Of a stretch of DNA of 64,000 nucleotides, positions 30,782 to 41,745 are shown one piece after another. A model generated the notes under the pieces. The model did not search any database. It saw only the letters and a program-made list of their open reading frames with translations, and had not been told where the DNA came from. Position numbers and translations under genes: made by a program. Positions within the stretch are counted from its first letter, which is position 1. Every line of letters begins with the position of its first letter. The DNA comes from Patescibacteria group bacterium (GTDB lineage Bacteria > Patescibacteriota > Gracilibacteria > UBA4473): the NCBI GenBank assembly GCA_965660445.1, contig CBFIAK010000001.1:512001-576000 (forward strand). The letters run 5' to 3'.

Positions 30782-32014
30782 CTAGAGGTTTTGTTTTTTG
30801 TGAATATACTCTTCAATAAAAATAGCAATAGAAGCTGTTACTGGAATCGAAAATATCATCCCGAGTATTGAAAGTGCAATACCTCCTGCTGCGTAACCAA
30901 GCGTTCCTCCAATAGCCAATGCAATCATAACAATAACAGAAGAAAGCCCTGTTACTTTTTCCATAACAATAGGAACCAGTACATTGCCTTCTAGGAATTG
31001 AATAAATGCAATCCAGATAAGAACGACAATAACAAGCGTCCATGATATATTATAGGCAATAAGAAGTGTAAATATACCCGTAATAAAAACTCCAATATAG
31101 GGAAAAAGTTCCATAAAAGCCGACAGAATACCAATGGTGGCAGCATATTTCATACCAAGTGTTACTTCAAAGACTTTCATACCGATATACATAGCCAGTC
31201 CTACTGAAATCATAAGGATAAATTGTCCTTTGAACCATCGAGCCATTTTATCTTGTACACGACTGGTTTTTTGAATGATATAATCTTGTTTCTCATGTGA
31301 GAAAAAGGAGAGAATTGATTTTGAGAGTGTTTCTCGTTCTAAAATCATAAAGAAAAGAAGTACTAAACCGAAAATCATATTAAACACCCCTTCAAATACA
31401 TCACTAAGTATTCCAAATGTGGCTCCCATCATGTTTTGAAAATGTTCTTGAAGTGTTTCAATTATATTACTATAACCACCATCTAGTAGTGTTTCAATAT
31501 TGAGTTCTCCAATATCGTTAAACATTTGAGTTGTATTTCCCAATGCAAGATTTATGCCAAAGAGTTTTGAAATATCTTTTAAGATAGGATTGAGTTGCTC
31601 ACTTAAAACAGGAATAATACTAAAAAATAAAATGCCAAGCCCTCCAAAAAATAATAGATAAAGAAGAAGTATTGCGATAGGTCGTGGAACTTTTCTTTTT
31701 TCAATAGATTGAACAATAGGAGTGAGCCCGATAGCCAAAAAACTACAAATGAGCGCAATAGTAAGAATGCTTTGTAGTTGGATAATGAGTTTACTGGCAA
31801 TGAAAAACAGAGAAATTACAAACAGTACTTTCATAACCGTGAGTGGTGAAATCTCAAGTTCTATTTTTTGCAATGTTGTGTCTATTTTCTGTGTGGGGTT
31901 TTTAGGGGGTGGTGTTATACTTGCTTCTTGCTTCTTTTTCTTTTCTTTTAGTTCCCTGTGGACATCTTTTATGGTTTGAATTTTCTCAAAGAGGGATCTC
32001 ACTATTTTTTTCAT
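30782..32014 (-). CDS. AI-2E family transporter
   Basis: LTPIVQSIEKRKVPR, WFKGQ, ELFPYIG, QFLEGNVLVP, multiple TMs. Confidence 0.9.
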   Translation of the reverse strand: MKKIVRSLFEKIQTIKDVHRELKEKKKKQEASITPPPKNPTQKIDTTLQKIELEISPLTVMKVLFVISLFFIASKLIIQLQSILTIALICSFLAIGLTPIVQSIEKRKVPRPIAILLLYLLFFGGLGILFFSIIPVLSEQLNPILKDISKLFGINLALGNTTQMFNDIGELNIETLLDGGYSNIIETLQEHFQNMMGATFGILSDVFEGVFNMIFGLVLLFFMILERETLSKSILSFFSHEKQDYIIQKTSRVQDKMARWFKGQFILMISVGLAMYIGMKVFEVTLGMKYAATIGILSAFMELFPYIGVFITGIFTLLIAYNISWTLVIVVLIWIAFIQFLEGNVLVPIVMEKVTGLSSVIVMIALAIGGTLGYAAGGIALSILGMIFSIPVTASIAIFIEEYIHKKQNL

Positions 32015-32025
32015 ATAAATATATT

Positions 32026-32052
32026 AAAAAGACACCTGTAGTATAGGTGTCT
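32026..32052 (-). terminator. Intrinsic terminator after rpmG
   Basis: AGACACCT/AGGTGTCT stem with a U-run on the minus strand. Confidence 0.65.
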
Positions 32053-32090
32053 GATAATATTTTCGCAAACAAAAGTAAAAAGAGAAGCCT

Positions 32091-32300
32091 TTACTTATTT
32101 TGTGACCGAGAAATTTGTTTTGCTTTGTGGATAGTGTGTTTTCGAAGTTTTGGACAATATTTTTTGACTTCAAATTCTTTTGGATTTTGATTTTGTGTAT
32201 TGATCAAAATTTTATAGTTTTCAATCCTTTTTCCAAGAGTTTCCATACATTCAGTGCAGTAGAGTGAGAAAAATGCGCGTTTTTTAGTTGCTCGAGCCAT
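32091..32300 (-). CDS. rpmG: 50S ribosomal protein L33
   Basis: LYCTEC..ENY..KKYCPKLRKHTIHK. Confidence 0.88.
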   Translation of the reverse strand: MARATKKRAFFSLYCTECMETLGKRIENYKILINTQNQNPKEFEVKKYCPKLRKHTIHKAKQISRSQNK

Positions 32301-32378
32301 GAGAAAAATTTAATTATTATAAATGCCACGAAATTTTAATAGCTTTTTTGTCTTTGTCAAATAAGAATGATATGCATT

Positions 32379-33800
32379 TTATGATGCGTTTCTGCGTTTT
32401 AAGACCACTATAATGCTCTTAAAAAAGATAATAAGGTCGAGCCACAGACTCCAGTTTTTAACATAAAAAAGTTCATATTCCATCTCTTCTTGAAAAGTGA
32501 GGGCTGATCGTCCATTGATTTGAGAGAACCCAGTTATTCCTGGTTTAATACAGAGGACTCGTAAATCATTTTTTCCATATTTATCGATTTCCCCTGGTAG
32601 ATGCGGACGAGGACCGATAAGGCTCATATCTCCTTTGAGTACATTGAATATCTGTGGTAATTCGTCAATAGACGTCGTTCTTAAAAATTTTCCAAGTGGT
32701 GTTATTCGCGGATCATTTTTTATTTTAAAGAGTACTCCGTCTTTTCGTTCATTTTTCTCCAAAAGATTCTTTTTGAGTTTTTCAGCATTTGGTATCATTG
32801 ATCGAAACTTATAACAGATGAATTTCTTTCCATTTTTCCCGACTCGTTCTGATTTATAAATACAAGAAACACGTGGATTTTCTCGCCATACGAGAAAGGC
32901 TGTAATAAGTAGTATTGGTGAAAGCAATATCAGTAGTAAAAATGAACAGCAGAAATCAAAAGTTTGCTTTACGATGGAACCCCATCCTTCTATACGTGTG
33001 TTGCGAAGTGTTGTAACGGGAATAGTGCCGAGTGTTGATTGTGATACGAGCGACAGATCGATACCGAGTTCATCAGGAACATATCGAAACTCTATGCCTT
33101 TTATGTGCGCTATCCGAACCCATTCAGGATTTATTGATTGAGTTGAATTATTCATAGCAACAATAATCTCATCAATATGATATTTTTGTAATACTGATTC
33201 AAATTGATGAATTGTACCAATTGATTTAATTCTGCATAAATTTGATTTCATCTGAGTGTTTTCACTGAGTGTACCGACAATATGATATCGTTTTCGTTTT
33301 TGGAGTGTTTGGATAACCATCAAGGCGATTGTTTGTGTTCCAATAACGAGCACGTTCGTTTGTCCATATCCCATTTGAATCACAATAGAATGAAGAAGTC
33401 TCAAAAATATCCGTCCGAGGATTAGTGCACATATACCCGTAATCCAAAAGGCTAAAAATACGAATCGAGAAAAGAAGAATTTCTGGAGGAAAAAGAACGT
33501 AATAATAAGAATACCTAAGCTCGAAGAAAATGACCAGAATATATAGTTGAATTCATCGAGTACTTTTGTGTCCGTACCAAACTTATATCGCCCTTGTACA
33601 CCAATTATTACAAGAAGAAAGAGGGTGATATTGAAAGCACTTTCTACAAATTCTTGAGGTGGGAATGGTGTTGGTGGATCAAGAGAAAATAACTCATAAT
33701 AATGCATTCTAAAAAGATATACACACCAAAGTGCACCAAAGATCATAAGTGCATCAATGAGAATTTTACTGATGGTATAGACAATATCGGATCGTTTCAT
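32379..33800 (-). CDS. Polyprenyl-phosphate glycosylphosphotransferase (WcaJ/WbaP-like sugar transferase)
   Basis: N-terminal TMs; RVGKNGKKF..YKFRSM, NDPRITPLGKFLRTTSIDELPQ, GDMSLIGPRP, KPGITG. Confidence 0.93.
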   Translation of the reverse strand: MKRSDIVYTISKILIDALMIFGALWCVYLFRMHYYELFSLDPPTPFPPQEFVESAFNITLFLLVIIGVQGRYKFGTDTKVLDEFNYIFWSFSSSLGILIITFFFLQKFFFSRFVFLAFWITGICALILGRIFLRLLHSIVIQMGYGQTNVLVIGTQTIALMVIQTLQKRKRYHIVGTLSENTQMKSNLCRIKSIGTIHQFESVLQKYHIDEIIVAMNNSTQSINPEWVRIAHIKGIEFRYVPDELGIDLSLVSQSTLGTIPVTTLRNTRIEGWGSIVKQTFDFCCSFLLLILLSPILLITAFLVWRENPRVSCIYKSERVGKNGKKFICYKFRSMIPNAEKLKKNLLEKNERKDGVLFKIKNDPRITPLGKFLRTTSIDELPQIFNVLKGDMSLIGPRPHLPGEIDKYGKNDLRVLCIKPGITGFSQINGRSALTFQEEMEYELFYVKNWSLWLDLIIFFKSIIVVLKRRNAS

Positions 33801-33879
33801 AACAAAAATATATTATCACAGATTCTTATATTTTGTCATGTTTTCTTTTGTAAAAATCGCTCTAATCTGTAGGTAAATT

Positions 33880-35997
33880 TTATTTCTTTTGTGTGAAAAA
33901 CTCGAGAAGATCTCCTGTTTGAAATATGAGTTCTTTGTGATGAACACGAATTCCACATTCTGTTTCTGCTTTTGCTTCATTTACTTCTTTTTGTCCGAGT
34001 TGTACACTTTCTACTTTTCCTTCTCCAATAATAGGGAAAGTAATCTCTTTTGTTTCAGGGTCTTTTGTTTCTCGTTTGAGCCGAAATTTTGATAGTTTTC
34101 GAACTAAACCTTCGCGAATATCTCCTCCTAAAACTGCCATTTTTTTATTTGATGCAAATACCGCTTTTACTTTAAATTCTCCCAGTATGGTTTCTGTTTC
34201 TTGTTGGTCTTCTCGTCCTTCGATAATATCCATTATTTTCTCAGTGAGATGATATATAACATCAAACGTAAAAACTTGAACCCCTTCTTGATCGGCTAAT
34301 TTTTCAATACGTCCAGCAGCTCCTACTTCAAATCCAACAATACAAGCATCACCAGCCTTTGCAAGCATGACATCACTATCGGATATTTCACCTACCCCTG
34401 AATGAATTATTTTCACTAAGGTTGTATCCGTTTTGAGTTTGTCAACTTCCGAACGAACGGCTTCAAGTGATCCATGGGTTGAGGTTTTGATAATAACTTT
34501 GAGCTGTTGTAGTTTATCCTCTGCAAGTTTTGCTTTCAGTGTTAAGAGTGAGAATTTTTTTCGTTTATGAAGAGAGTCTTCATGATGAATTGATTGAACT
34601 TCTTCTGCTTTTTTTCGAGCCAGTTTTTCACTTTTCATAATTTGTAATATATCTCCTACCTGTGGAAGTCGTGAAATACCTGTTATTTGTACTGGAGTGG
34701 ATGGAGGTGCGGCGAGAACATCTTTCCCTGCAAAGTTTTTCATCGTTCTGATTTTTCCATGTTGATCATAGATAACAAATGCATCACCTTTTTTCATAGT
34801 TCCTGCATTTATAAGAACAGTGGCGGTTACTCCGCTGAAAGGATTTATTGAACATTCAATAATGGTTCCAATTGCATTTCTGTTGGGATTACTCTTGAGC
34901 TCTTGGAGCTCAGCCGTTATTTTAATAGCTTCTAAAAGACTATCTATACCCTGACCAGTATGAGCAGATACTGGTATACAAGGAGTATCGCCCCCCCAAT
35001 CATCACTCAACAAATCATGTTCAGCAAGTTGTTTTTTTACCATATCTGGATTGGCTCCATCTAAGTCCATTTTATTGATTGCCACAATAATAGGAATATC
35101 TGCTTCTTTGGCATGATCAATAGCTTCTATTGATTGTGGTTTAAGCCCTTCTGTAGCAGCAACAACAAGGATGGCAATGTCCGTTGCTTTTGCTCCTCGC
35201 GCACGCATTAAAGTGAAAGCTTCATGTCCAGGGGTATCCAAAAAAGTAATAAGACTTTTGTCAGGGAGTTCAACTTGATATGCTCCGATACTCTGGGTAA
35301 TGCCACCCGCTTCACTGTCAACAACTCGTGATTGTCGAATATAATCAAGAATTGATGTTTTTCCGTGATCAACGTGCCCCATAATAGAAACAACTGGTGG
35401 ACGTGGTTGAAGATGTTCACTCTCTTCATCTTGTAAGATTCGAGAAAGATCGGCACGAAAAAGATCTTCTCCAGATAATTGTATGGCTTCTTTTTTTACT
35501 TTTATATCAAGTTCTTGTGCGATGATAGCCGCTGTATCATAGTCGATTTCTTGTTTTAAGTTTGCAATAATCCCATTTTGTTTGAGTTTTACAAGAATAA
35601 TGGGGATTGGTTTTGAAATAGCTAAAGCGAGTTCACGAACAGTCATTGCATCCGGAAGAATGATTGTTCCGTCATCAGTTTTCTTTATGATTGGTTGAGC
35701 TGGTTCTTCAGGTGTATCTGATTCGTCTTTTTCTTTCTTTTTTCGAGTTGTTTTTTTTTGCCCAGCGGTTTGTTTCTGTTGTTTTTCAATGATTTCTCGA
35801 TCAAGTTCTTCTTCAACTTCATAAGCGGCTTGTTTTACTACATCACCTTGTTCGATGTTTCGAATTTCTTGTGCAATATCATCTGGCACAATAGAATCTT
35901 CTTCTAAATTATGAAGATCAAATTCTATAGCATGGAGTATAACCGCTTCTGGAGCGATTTCGAGTTGTTTTGCGAGCTGTAAAACGGTGAGTGACAT
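33880..35997 (-). CDS. infB: Translation initiation factor IF-2
   Basis: [49 protein letters not shown]. Confidence 0.97.
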   Translation of the reverse strand: MSLTVLQLAKQLEIAPEAVILHAIEFDLHNLEEDSIVPDDIAQEIRNIEQGDVVKQAAYEVEEELDREIIEKQQKQTAGQKKTTRKKKEKDESDTPEEPAQPIIKKTDDGTIILPDAMTVRELALAISKPIPIILVKLKQNGIIANLKQEIDYDTAAIIAQELDIKVKKEAIQLSGEDLFRADLSRILQDEESEHLQPRPPVVSIMGHVDHGKTSILDYIRQSRVVDSEAGGITQSIGAYQVELPDKSLITFLDTPGHEAFTLMRARGAKATDIAILVVAATEGLKPQSIEAIDHAKEADIPIIVAINKMDLDGANPDMVKKQLAEHDLLSDDWGGDTPCIPVSAHTGQGIDSLLEAIKITAELQELKSNPNRNAIGTIIECSINPFSGVTATVLINAGTMKKGDAFVIYDQHGKIRTMKNFAGKDVLAAPPSTPVQITGISRLPQVGDILQIMKSEKLARKKAEEVQSIHHEDSLHKRKKFSLLTLKAKLAEDKLQQLKVIIKTSTHGSLEAVRSEVDKLKTDTTLVKIIHSGVGEISDSDVMLAKAGDACIVGFEVGAAGRIEKLADQEGVQVFTFDVIYHLTEKIMDIIEGREDQQETETILGEFKVKAVFASNKKMAVLGGDIREGLVRKLSKFRLKRETKDPETKEITFPIIGEGKVESVQLGQKEVNEAKAETECGIRVHHKELIFQTGDLLEFFTQKK

Positions 35998-36080
35998 ACG
36001 TATAAAGTGTTGCAACTGTACAGAAAAAGAAAACAAATGTCTAATTTTTCTTTTTCTGAAACAAGAAAAGAGTGAAGACT

Positions 36081-37493
36081 CTATTCAATGGTTAAGAGAA
36101 TGCTTCTCATAGCGTCTCGATATGTTACAGGACCTATGAATTGAAAATAAGAGTTATTATTTCGAGGAAAAGTTATAGTAAGTGTTTCACCTGAAAGTTT
36201 TTCAGATACAGTTTTTTCAGGGTTTTGAGATGCAATACTTTCAAGGAAGAAATCAACATCATTTTCATTTTGAATTTCTTGGTCAGCAAAACCAATACGG
36301 AAAAGTTTTGCGTCTTGTGGTCCAAAGTTTCGAAACCAGAACCCATAAGGCACTTGAAGATTAATATTGTAATAACTGCTGCCGTAAGAGAACGCTCTAT
36401 CATCGATAATATTTTTGAAATCATTCGTAAAGAGATCGGGATCAAGAGTTATATTCTCTGATGATTGCGATGTTTCTGGTTGTGTGAGTAGGTCCGTGTT
36501 ATTTGTTGTTTGTGGGGTTTCTTCTTTTCTTTCGGATGCATATTTAGCAGCTAAGTCTAGCACATTACTTGGTTGGTCTTGTGTATTTCCTGTTTCTGAT
36601 GGTTCCGTGTTATTGTTGTTTTCTAATTCAGAATCTTCTTCTGATTCAATAGATGAATCTTCGGTTTGCGTTTCGGATTGATCGGGTGTTTGCGCAAGAA
36701 GTTTCGATGCTTCTCGTTCGGCTTGAGCTCTTTTTTCATGAGCAATAACTTGTGCAACTTGTTCTTGTCCCTCAATAAATGAATTAATAAGGAGTAAAAA
36801 TTCTTTTTGTTGGATGTTGTTTCCAGAGAATGAGAATGTATATTTATTAATGGGTGTTGTTTTTGAGAAGAGTTGAATTTGTTGGTGTTCTCGGTCACTT
36901 GCTTCTGACGGAGTAATAGTTCTTACTCCCGAAAGCCCCGCAATGGATATATTGGGTTGAATATTTTCATCTTTTTTGGTTTTTGCTTCTACAGAGAAAG
37001 TCAAAAAAGTTTTTCGTTGTGAATCATTTTTCTCTGTAAAGTACGCTATTCCATCTGGAGAAAGGGAGTATTCCCATGAGTAAGGGTATACAAATGTGAA
37101 GTTTTGAGTTGTAAACCGACTTTCGGTTGGCGTTTCAATATCTTGTGTTGCGTCATTATTTTGTAATCGAATAGCTTCTACAAAAAATATTTCTTGCATT
37201 TTTTCTTTTCGCCAATATCCGTCAATTTCAACGACTTGTGATTCAAATTGTTGAAGATTTACAATATCAGAATAGAGATAGGCAATAAGTTTTCCATCTA
37301 TATTTGCGAGTCTGTGGGTGGCACGTGTCGATATAGAAACCGAAAACGGATAAATTTCTCCATCAAGAGTAATAGTGCTTTCTTGTGAGAGTGTTTGGAG
37401 AGGTGATATTGGCTTTTCTGGTGGAGTGAGTGTACACGCTGTCAGTCCGAGTGTGAGCGTAATAATACAAAGAGCAATAAAGGATGATCTCAT
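36081..37493 (-). CDS. Hypothetical lipoprotein with acidic linker
   Basis: Lipobox LTAC; FTFVYPYSW PsbP-like segment; E/S/N/T-rich middle. Confidence 0.65.
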   Translation of the reverse strand: MRSSFIALCIITLTLGLTACTLTPPEKPISPLQTLSQESTITLDGEIYPFSVSISTRATHRLANIDGKLIAYLYSDIVNLQQFESQVVEIDGYWRKEKMQEIFFVEAIRLQNNDATQDIETPTESRFTTQNFTFVYPYSWEYSLSPDGIAYFTEKNDSQRKTFLTFSVEAKTKKDENIQPNISIAGLSGVRTITPSEASDREHQQIQLFSKTTPINKYTFSFSGNNIQQKEFLLLINSFIEGQEQVAQVIAHEKRAQAEREASKLLAQTPDQSETQTEDSSIESEEDSELENNNNTEPSETGNTQDQPSNVLDLAAKYASERKEETPQTTNNTDLLTQPETSQSSENITLDPDLFTNDFKNIIDDRAFSYGSSYYNINLQVPYGFWFRNFGPQDAKLFRIGFADQEIQNENDVDFFLESIASQNPEKTVSEKLSGETLTITFPRNNNSYFQFIGPVTYRDAMRSILLTIE

Positions 37494-38080
37494 GAAAATG
37501 AAGAGAGGAATTAAAAAAAGTACAGAACAATGCTTATAGTAAGAGAATGGTTAAAAAAATCAATAGAGGTTTCTTTTGAGTGTCTGATTCTCTTTTTTTG
37601 TGAATACTTTTTTTATTATTTCTTATATTTTTTTCTTATATTTTCATTGTTTTTTTTAAATTTATTGCTCTTTTTGTTCACAAAATGTGTTCTTTTTTTT
37701 ATTGAATATATATTGTATTCAGTTTTTTTGTTTTTTTCTTTCTTAGACTTTGTTTTTTGTATGTTTATTTTTTAAAATAATTATTGATTTGTTTTGTTTT
37801 TATTGTATATGTATACATAATAATGTTTATTTTTGTTTCTTTTTTGAATACAATTCTTGTTTTTTGAAAAAAAAATATTCCTTATTCAAAAACGTTTCTA
37901 TTTTGTATGGAGCTATAAAGTCGTTCACAAAAATAGAACAAAGCTTGTTATAGAGCGAAAAAAAGTTGCACAAATCACATCTCTTTGCTACCGTGTGAGT
38001 ACGTGAAAAGAAATACAACGAATAGCTTAATATTCTTTATTCTTTTCTCATCTTTCTAAACATTATCTGGTTTAATTCTT

Positions 38081-39310
38081 ATGGCACATCCAAAAACATT
38101 TGTCGCTCTTGATGTCGGGTCTTCAAAAATACGAACCGTTGTTGGTGTCGTAGAAGATAAAAAAAACGTAGTGAATATAATAGGTATTGGAATTTCTCCG
38201 TCTAACGGAGTTCGGAAAGGAATGATTACTGATATTGAAGAAGCCGTATCAAATATTACCGCCAGTTTGGAAGACGCAGAGCGTATGAGTGGTGAACATA
38301 TTCATCGAGTTTTTGTCGGTTTTTCCGGTCCACATATTGAGACATTTGATTCAAGAGGCGTTATTGCTATTAACAATCCAAACTCTGAAATTACAGAAGA
38401 TGATGTCGACCGAGTACTTGAAGCGGCTCGTGCGGTTTCGCTTCCTTCGAATAGAGAAATTCTACGAATTATTCCGAAAAGTTTTGGTATTGATTCCCAG
38501 CAAGGTATTAAGTATCCAGTTGGTATGACGGGAATTCGATTAGAAGTACAAGCGCATATTATTTCAAGTATGAATGCGTCTATTCGAAATTTAGAAAAGT
38601 GTCTCAATGAAACGGGCGTTGATATTGAAGAAATCCTTCCTTCTTCGCTTGCTTGTGTTGAAGCTGTATTAGATAAAAAACAAAAAGAATTAGGAGTACT
38701 TTTGGTAGAAGTTGGTGCTTGTTCAACGAACATTGCTTTGTATGAAGAGGGGTCTATTATTCATTCGGCGGTTATTCCTGTGGGAGGAGAGCATGTGACG
38801 AACGATTTAGCTATTGGCCTTCGATCATCTATTGAGACAGCTGAACGAGTAAAAATTGAATATGGAACATGTATTCCTGATGATGTCAGTGATCGAGAAG
38901 ATATTGATTTATCAGAGATTTCAAAAATAGATAATCATACCGTCCAAAAGAAAGAAGTTTCAAAAATTATTGAAGCTCGTTATCATGAAATATTTATGAT
39001 GATTCGTGATGAATTACATAAAGTTGGTCGTGATGGTATGCTCCCAGCGGGAGCAGTTCTTTGTGGGGGGGCTGTGAAAATACCAGGAATGGTGGATTTG
39101 GCTCGAGATTGTTTACAATTACCAGTTCAAATTGGATCACCTCGAAACATTGAAGGTATTATTGATCGTATTGATGATCCAAGCTTTATGAGTGTTATTG
39201 GATTACTTCATTTTGGACATCGGTATGGTTCCGTGCCTCCATTTTTCCAGTTTGACTTTAAAAATATATTTTCATCATTTGGTGGATTTCTTAAAAAACT
39301 TATTCCGTAA
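38081..39310 (+). CDS. ftsA: Cell division protein FtsA
   Basis: ALDVGSSKI, GVRKG, PVGMTGIRLEV, IPVGGEHVTNDLA, AERVKIEYG, LCGG. Confidence 0.96.
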   Translation: MAHPKTFVALDVGSSKIRTVVGVVEDKKNVVNIIGIGISPSNGVRKGMITDIEEAVSNITASLEDAERMSGEHIHRVFVGFSGPHIETFDSRGVIAINNPNSEITEDDVDRVLEAARAVSLPSNREILRIIPKSFGIDSQQGIKYPVGMTGIRLEVQAHIISSMNASIRNLEKCLNETGVDIEEILPSSLACVEAVLDKKQKELGVLLVEVGACSTNIALYEEGSIIHSAVIPVGGEHVTNDLAIGLRSSIETAERVKIEYGTCIPDDVSDREDIDLSEISKIDNHTVQKKEVSKIIEARYHEIFMMIRDELHKVGRDGMLPAGAVLCGGAVKIPGMVDLARDCLQLPVQIGSPRNIEGIIDRIDDPSFMSVIGLLHFGHRYGSVPPFFQFDFKNIFSSFGGFLKKLIP

Positions 39311-39353
39311 GCAAGATTTGTTTACACCTACTTTTTAACCTTCATTTTACAGT

Positions 39354-40520
39354 ATGAAAAAAGACTTACTTCAATCGGCAATGATAGCACAAAAATCAGA
39401 AAAACAAAATAATGCAAAAGTTGCAGATACTATGGCAAGAGCACAAGATTCAACACCAAGTATTCACGGTCAAGCAATTATAAAAGTAATTGGTGTTGGA
39501 GGTGGTGGTGGAAATGCCATTAACCGAATGGTCAATTCAGATTTTTCAAATGTTGAATTTATTTCTGTAAATACTGATGCTCAAGCTTTGTATCATAATA
39601 AAGCAGAGGAAAAAATACATATTGGAAAAGATACAACTCGTGGACTTGGGGCGGGGGCAAATCCTGATTTAGGAAAAACAGCCGCAGAGGAATCAATGGA
39701 AGAATTAAAATCTATCTTAAAAGGATCGGATATGGTGTTTGTGACTTGTGGGTTAGGAGGTGGAACCGGGACAGGAGCAGCACCAGTTATTGCTCAAATT
39801 TCACGAGAACTAGGAGCTTTGACTATTGGTGTGGTAACAAAACCATTTTCTTTTGAAGGACCGCAACGAATGAAAAAGGCATTAGAAGGATATGAACAAA
39901 TGAAAAAGCATGTTGATACACTTATTATGATTCCAAATGATAGAATTCTTTCAATTATTGATCGAAAAACGCCACTTAATGATGCATTTTCAGTTGTTGA
40001 TGAGGTTTTACGACAAGGAGTACAGGGTTTAGCTGATCTTATAACGCTTCATGGACTTGTAAATGTAGATTTTGCTGATATTCGAGCCATTATGAAAGAT
40101 GCTGGAACGGCTCTTATGGGAATTGGATATGGCGCTGGTGAAGATCGAGCAAAAGAAGCCGCAAAAGCAGCCATTGAATCTCCGCTTTTAGATCAATCTA
40201 TTAAAGGAGCAAAAGGAATTTTATTTAATATTACGGGGGGGCATGACTTATCAATGTATGAACTTGATGAAGCTGCAAAACTCATCACGGAAGCAGCAGA
40301 TCCTGAAGCAAATGTTATTTTTGGAGCGGTTATTAATGATAATTATGAAGGAGAAATGAAAATTACAGTTGTCGCCACTGGATTTTCAGAAACAGAAAGT
40401 AAAAAACCAGGTCATTCAACATTAATGAGACAGGCTTTTGGTGGAGGTATGGAAGAGAAGAAATCTTCTGGAAACGATTTAGATACCCCTGCTTTTATTC
40501 GAAACAAGTTTCGAAAATAA
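39354..40520 (+). CDS. ftsZ: Cell division protein FtsZ
   Basis: [38 protein letters not shown]-terminal DTPAFIR. Confidence 0.98.
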   Translation: MKKDLLQSAMIAQKSEKQNNAKVADTMARAQDSTPSIHGQAIIKVIGVGGGGGNAINRMVNSDFSNVEFISVNTDAQALYHNKAEEKIHIGKDTTRGLGAGANPDLGKTAAEESMEELKSILKGSDMVFVTCGLGGGTGTGAAPVIAQISRELGALTIGVVTKPFSFEGPQRMKKALEGYEQMKKHVDTLIMIPNDRILSIIDRKTPLNDAFSVVDEVLRQGVQGLADLITLHGLVNVDFADIRAIMKDAGTALMGIGYGAGEDRAKEAAKAAIESPLLDQSIKGAKGILFNITGGHDLSMYELDEAAKLITEAADPEANVIFGAVINDNYEGEMKITVVATGFSETESKKPGHSTLMRQAFGGGMEEKKSSGNDLDTPAFIRNKFRK

Positions 40521-40547
40521 TTCTTCTTTTGAACAAAAATAGTATAC

Positions 40548-40580
40548 ACACTTCGTTGTTTTTCAACGGAGTGTTTTTTT
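40548..40580 (+). terminator. Intrinsic terminator after ftsZ
   Basis: ACACTTCGTTG/CAACGGAGTGT stem followed by a T-run. Confidence 0.8.
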
Positions 40581-40641
40581 ACGAAGCATGTTTTTGTAAA
40601 TGACTTGAGTATTCCCTCATAATAGGTAGAGTTATGGTATT

Positions 40642-41739
40642 ATGACGAAAAGTGATATACTGGGGCAATGGAATGTTTTACACGATCGGTTTTCTCAATT
40701 GAAGCCAGATTTAGCCTTTGAAGAAAAACAGCAATTATTAAAATCATATGATCAACAAATACAGAAAGAAGATTTTTGGAATCAGTCATCAAAAGCACAA
40801 AAAATAGTACAAGAACGTGCACGTTTGAATCGTTTCGTGTCTTTATGGCAATCAATAGAACAGGATATAAAAGATTTAGGGGATATGATTCTTCTGGCGG
40901 ATGAGTCAGAAATGAGTTTTTTTTCTTTAGAGTTAGAGGCGCTTATGAGTCGTTTTGAAAAGGGAGAAGGTGAGCTTCTTTTATCAGGCGTGTATGATGC
41001 AGGAAATGCGCTTCTGTCATTTTATGTTGGAACAGGTGGTCAAGATGCTGAAGATTTTTGTGGAATGCTTTTTCGGCTCTATACTCGATATGCAGAAGAA
41101 CAAGGATGGCATATTCATATTTTAGATGAATCTTGGTCAGATGATGGATTGAAATCAGCTACTATAGAGGTAAAAGGGGAGTATGCATATGGAAAACTTT
41201 CGTGTGAACAAGGGGTACATCGTCTTATTCGATTATCACCATTTAATGCAAAAAGTTTAAGACAAACATCGTTTGCACGTATAGAAGTGTTGCCAGAGAT
41301 TGATGAAGAAGAAATTATCATTGAGGATAGTGATTTGCGTATTGATGTATTTCGATCATCAGGAAGTGGTGGACAATCGGTAAATACAACTGACTCTGCA
41401 GTTCGTATTACTTATTTGCCACTCAATATTGTTGTGACGTGTCAGAACGAGAAATCACAATTACAAAACAAAGAATCAGCATTGAAAGTATTAAGAGCCA
41501 AGTTAGCCCAAAGAGCATTAGAGGAAAAAGAACAAAAAAGAAGAATTTTGCGAGGTGATGTAGGGGAAAACTCTTTTGGATCACAAATAAGAACCTATAC
41601 ACTTCATCCGTATAAACTCGTAAAGGATCATCGAACTGATATAGAACATAATAATCCAGAAAAAGTATTTGATGGAGAAATCGATGGCTTTATAGATGCC
41701 TATCTTCACAAACGAGTACAACCTAATATATCATCATAA
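40642..41739 (+). CDS. prfB: Peptide chain release factor 2 (single uninterrupted ORF)
   Basis: GGQDAEDF, GVHRLIRLSPF (SPF specificity motif), RQTSFA, GGQ, FGSQIRTY. Confidence 0.96.
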   Translation: MTKSDILGQWNVLHDRFSQLKPDLAFEEKQQLLKSYDQQIQKEDFWNQSSKAQKIVQERARLNRFVSLWQSIEQDIKDLGDMILLADESEMSFFSLELEALMSRFEKGEGELLLSGVYDAGNALLSFYVGTGGQDAEDFCGMLFRLYTRYAEEQGWHIHILDESWSDDGLKSATIEVKGEYAYGKLSCEQGVHRLIRLSPFNAKSLRQTSFARIEVLPEIDEEEIIIEDSDLRIDVFRSSGSGGQSVNTTDSAVRITYLPLNIVVTCQNEKSQLQNKESALKVLRAKLAQRALEEKEQKRRILRGDVGENSFGSQIRTYTLHPYKLVKDHRTDIEHNNPEKVFDGEIDGFIDAYLHKRVQPNISS

Positions 41740-41745
41740 TTCATT

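Noticed and set aside
37530-38018. Short F/L/Y-rich ORFs in the ftsA upstream region
   Set aside because: They are by-products of T-rich low-complexity DNA with no protein-like composition.
38302-38733. 143-aa antisense ORF in ftsA and similar overlapping ORFs (e.g. 5972..6334, 21351..21731, 50853..51245, 55978..56328)
   Set aside because: Shadow frames of well-supported genes, with no motifs or expression signals.
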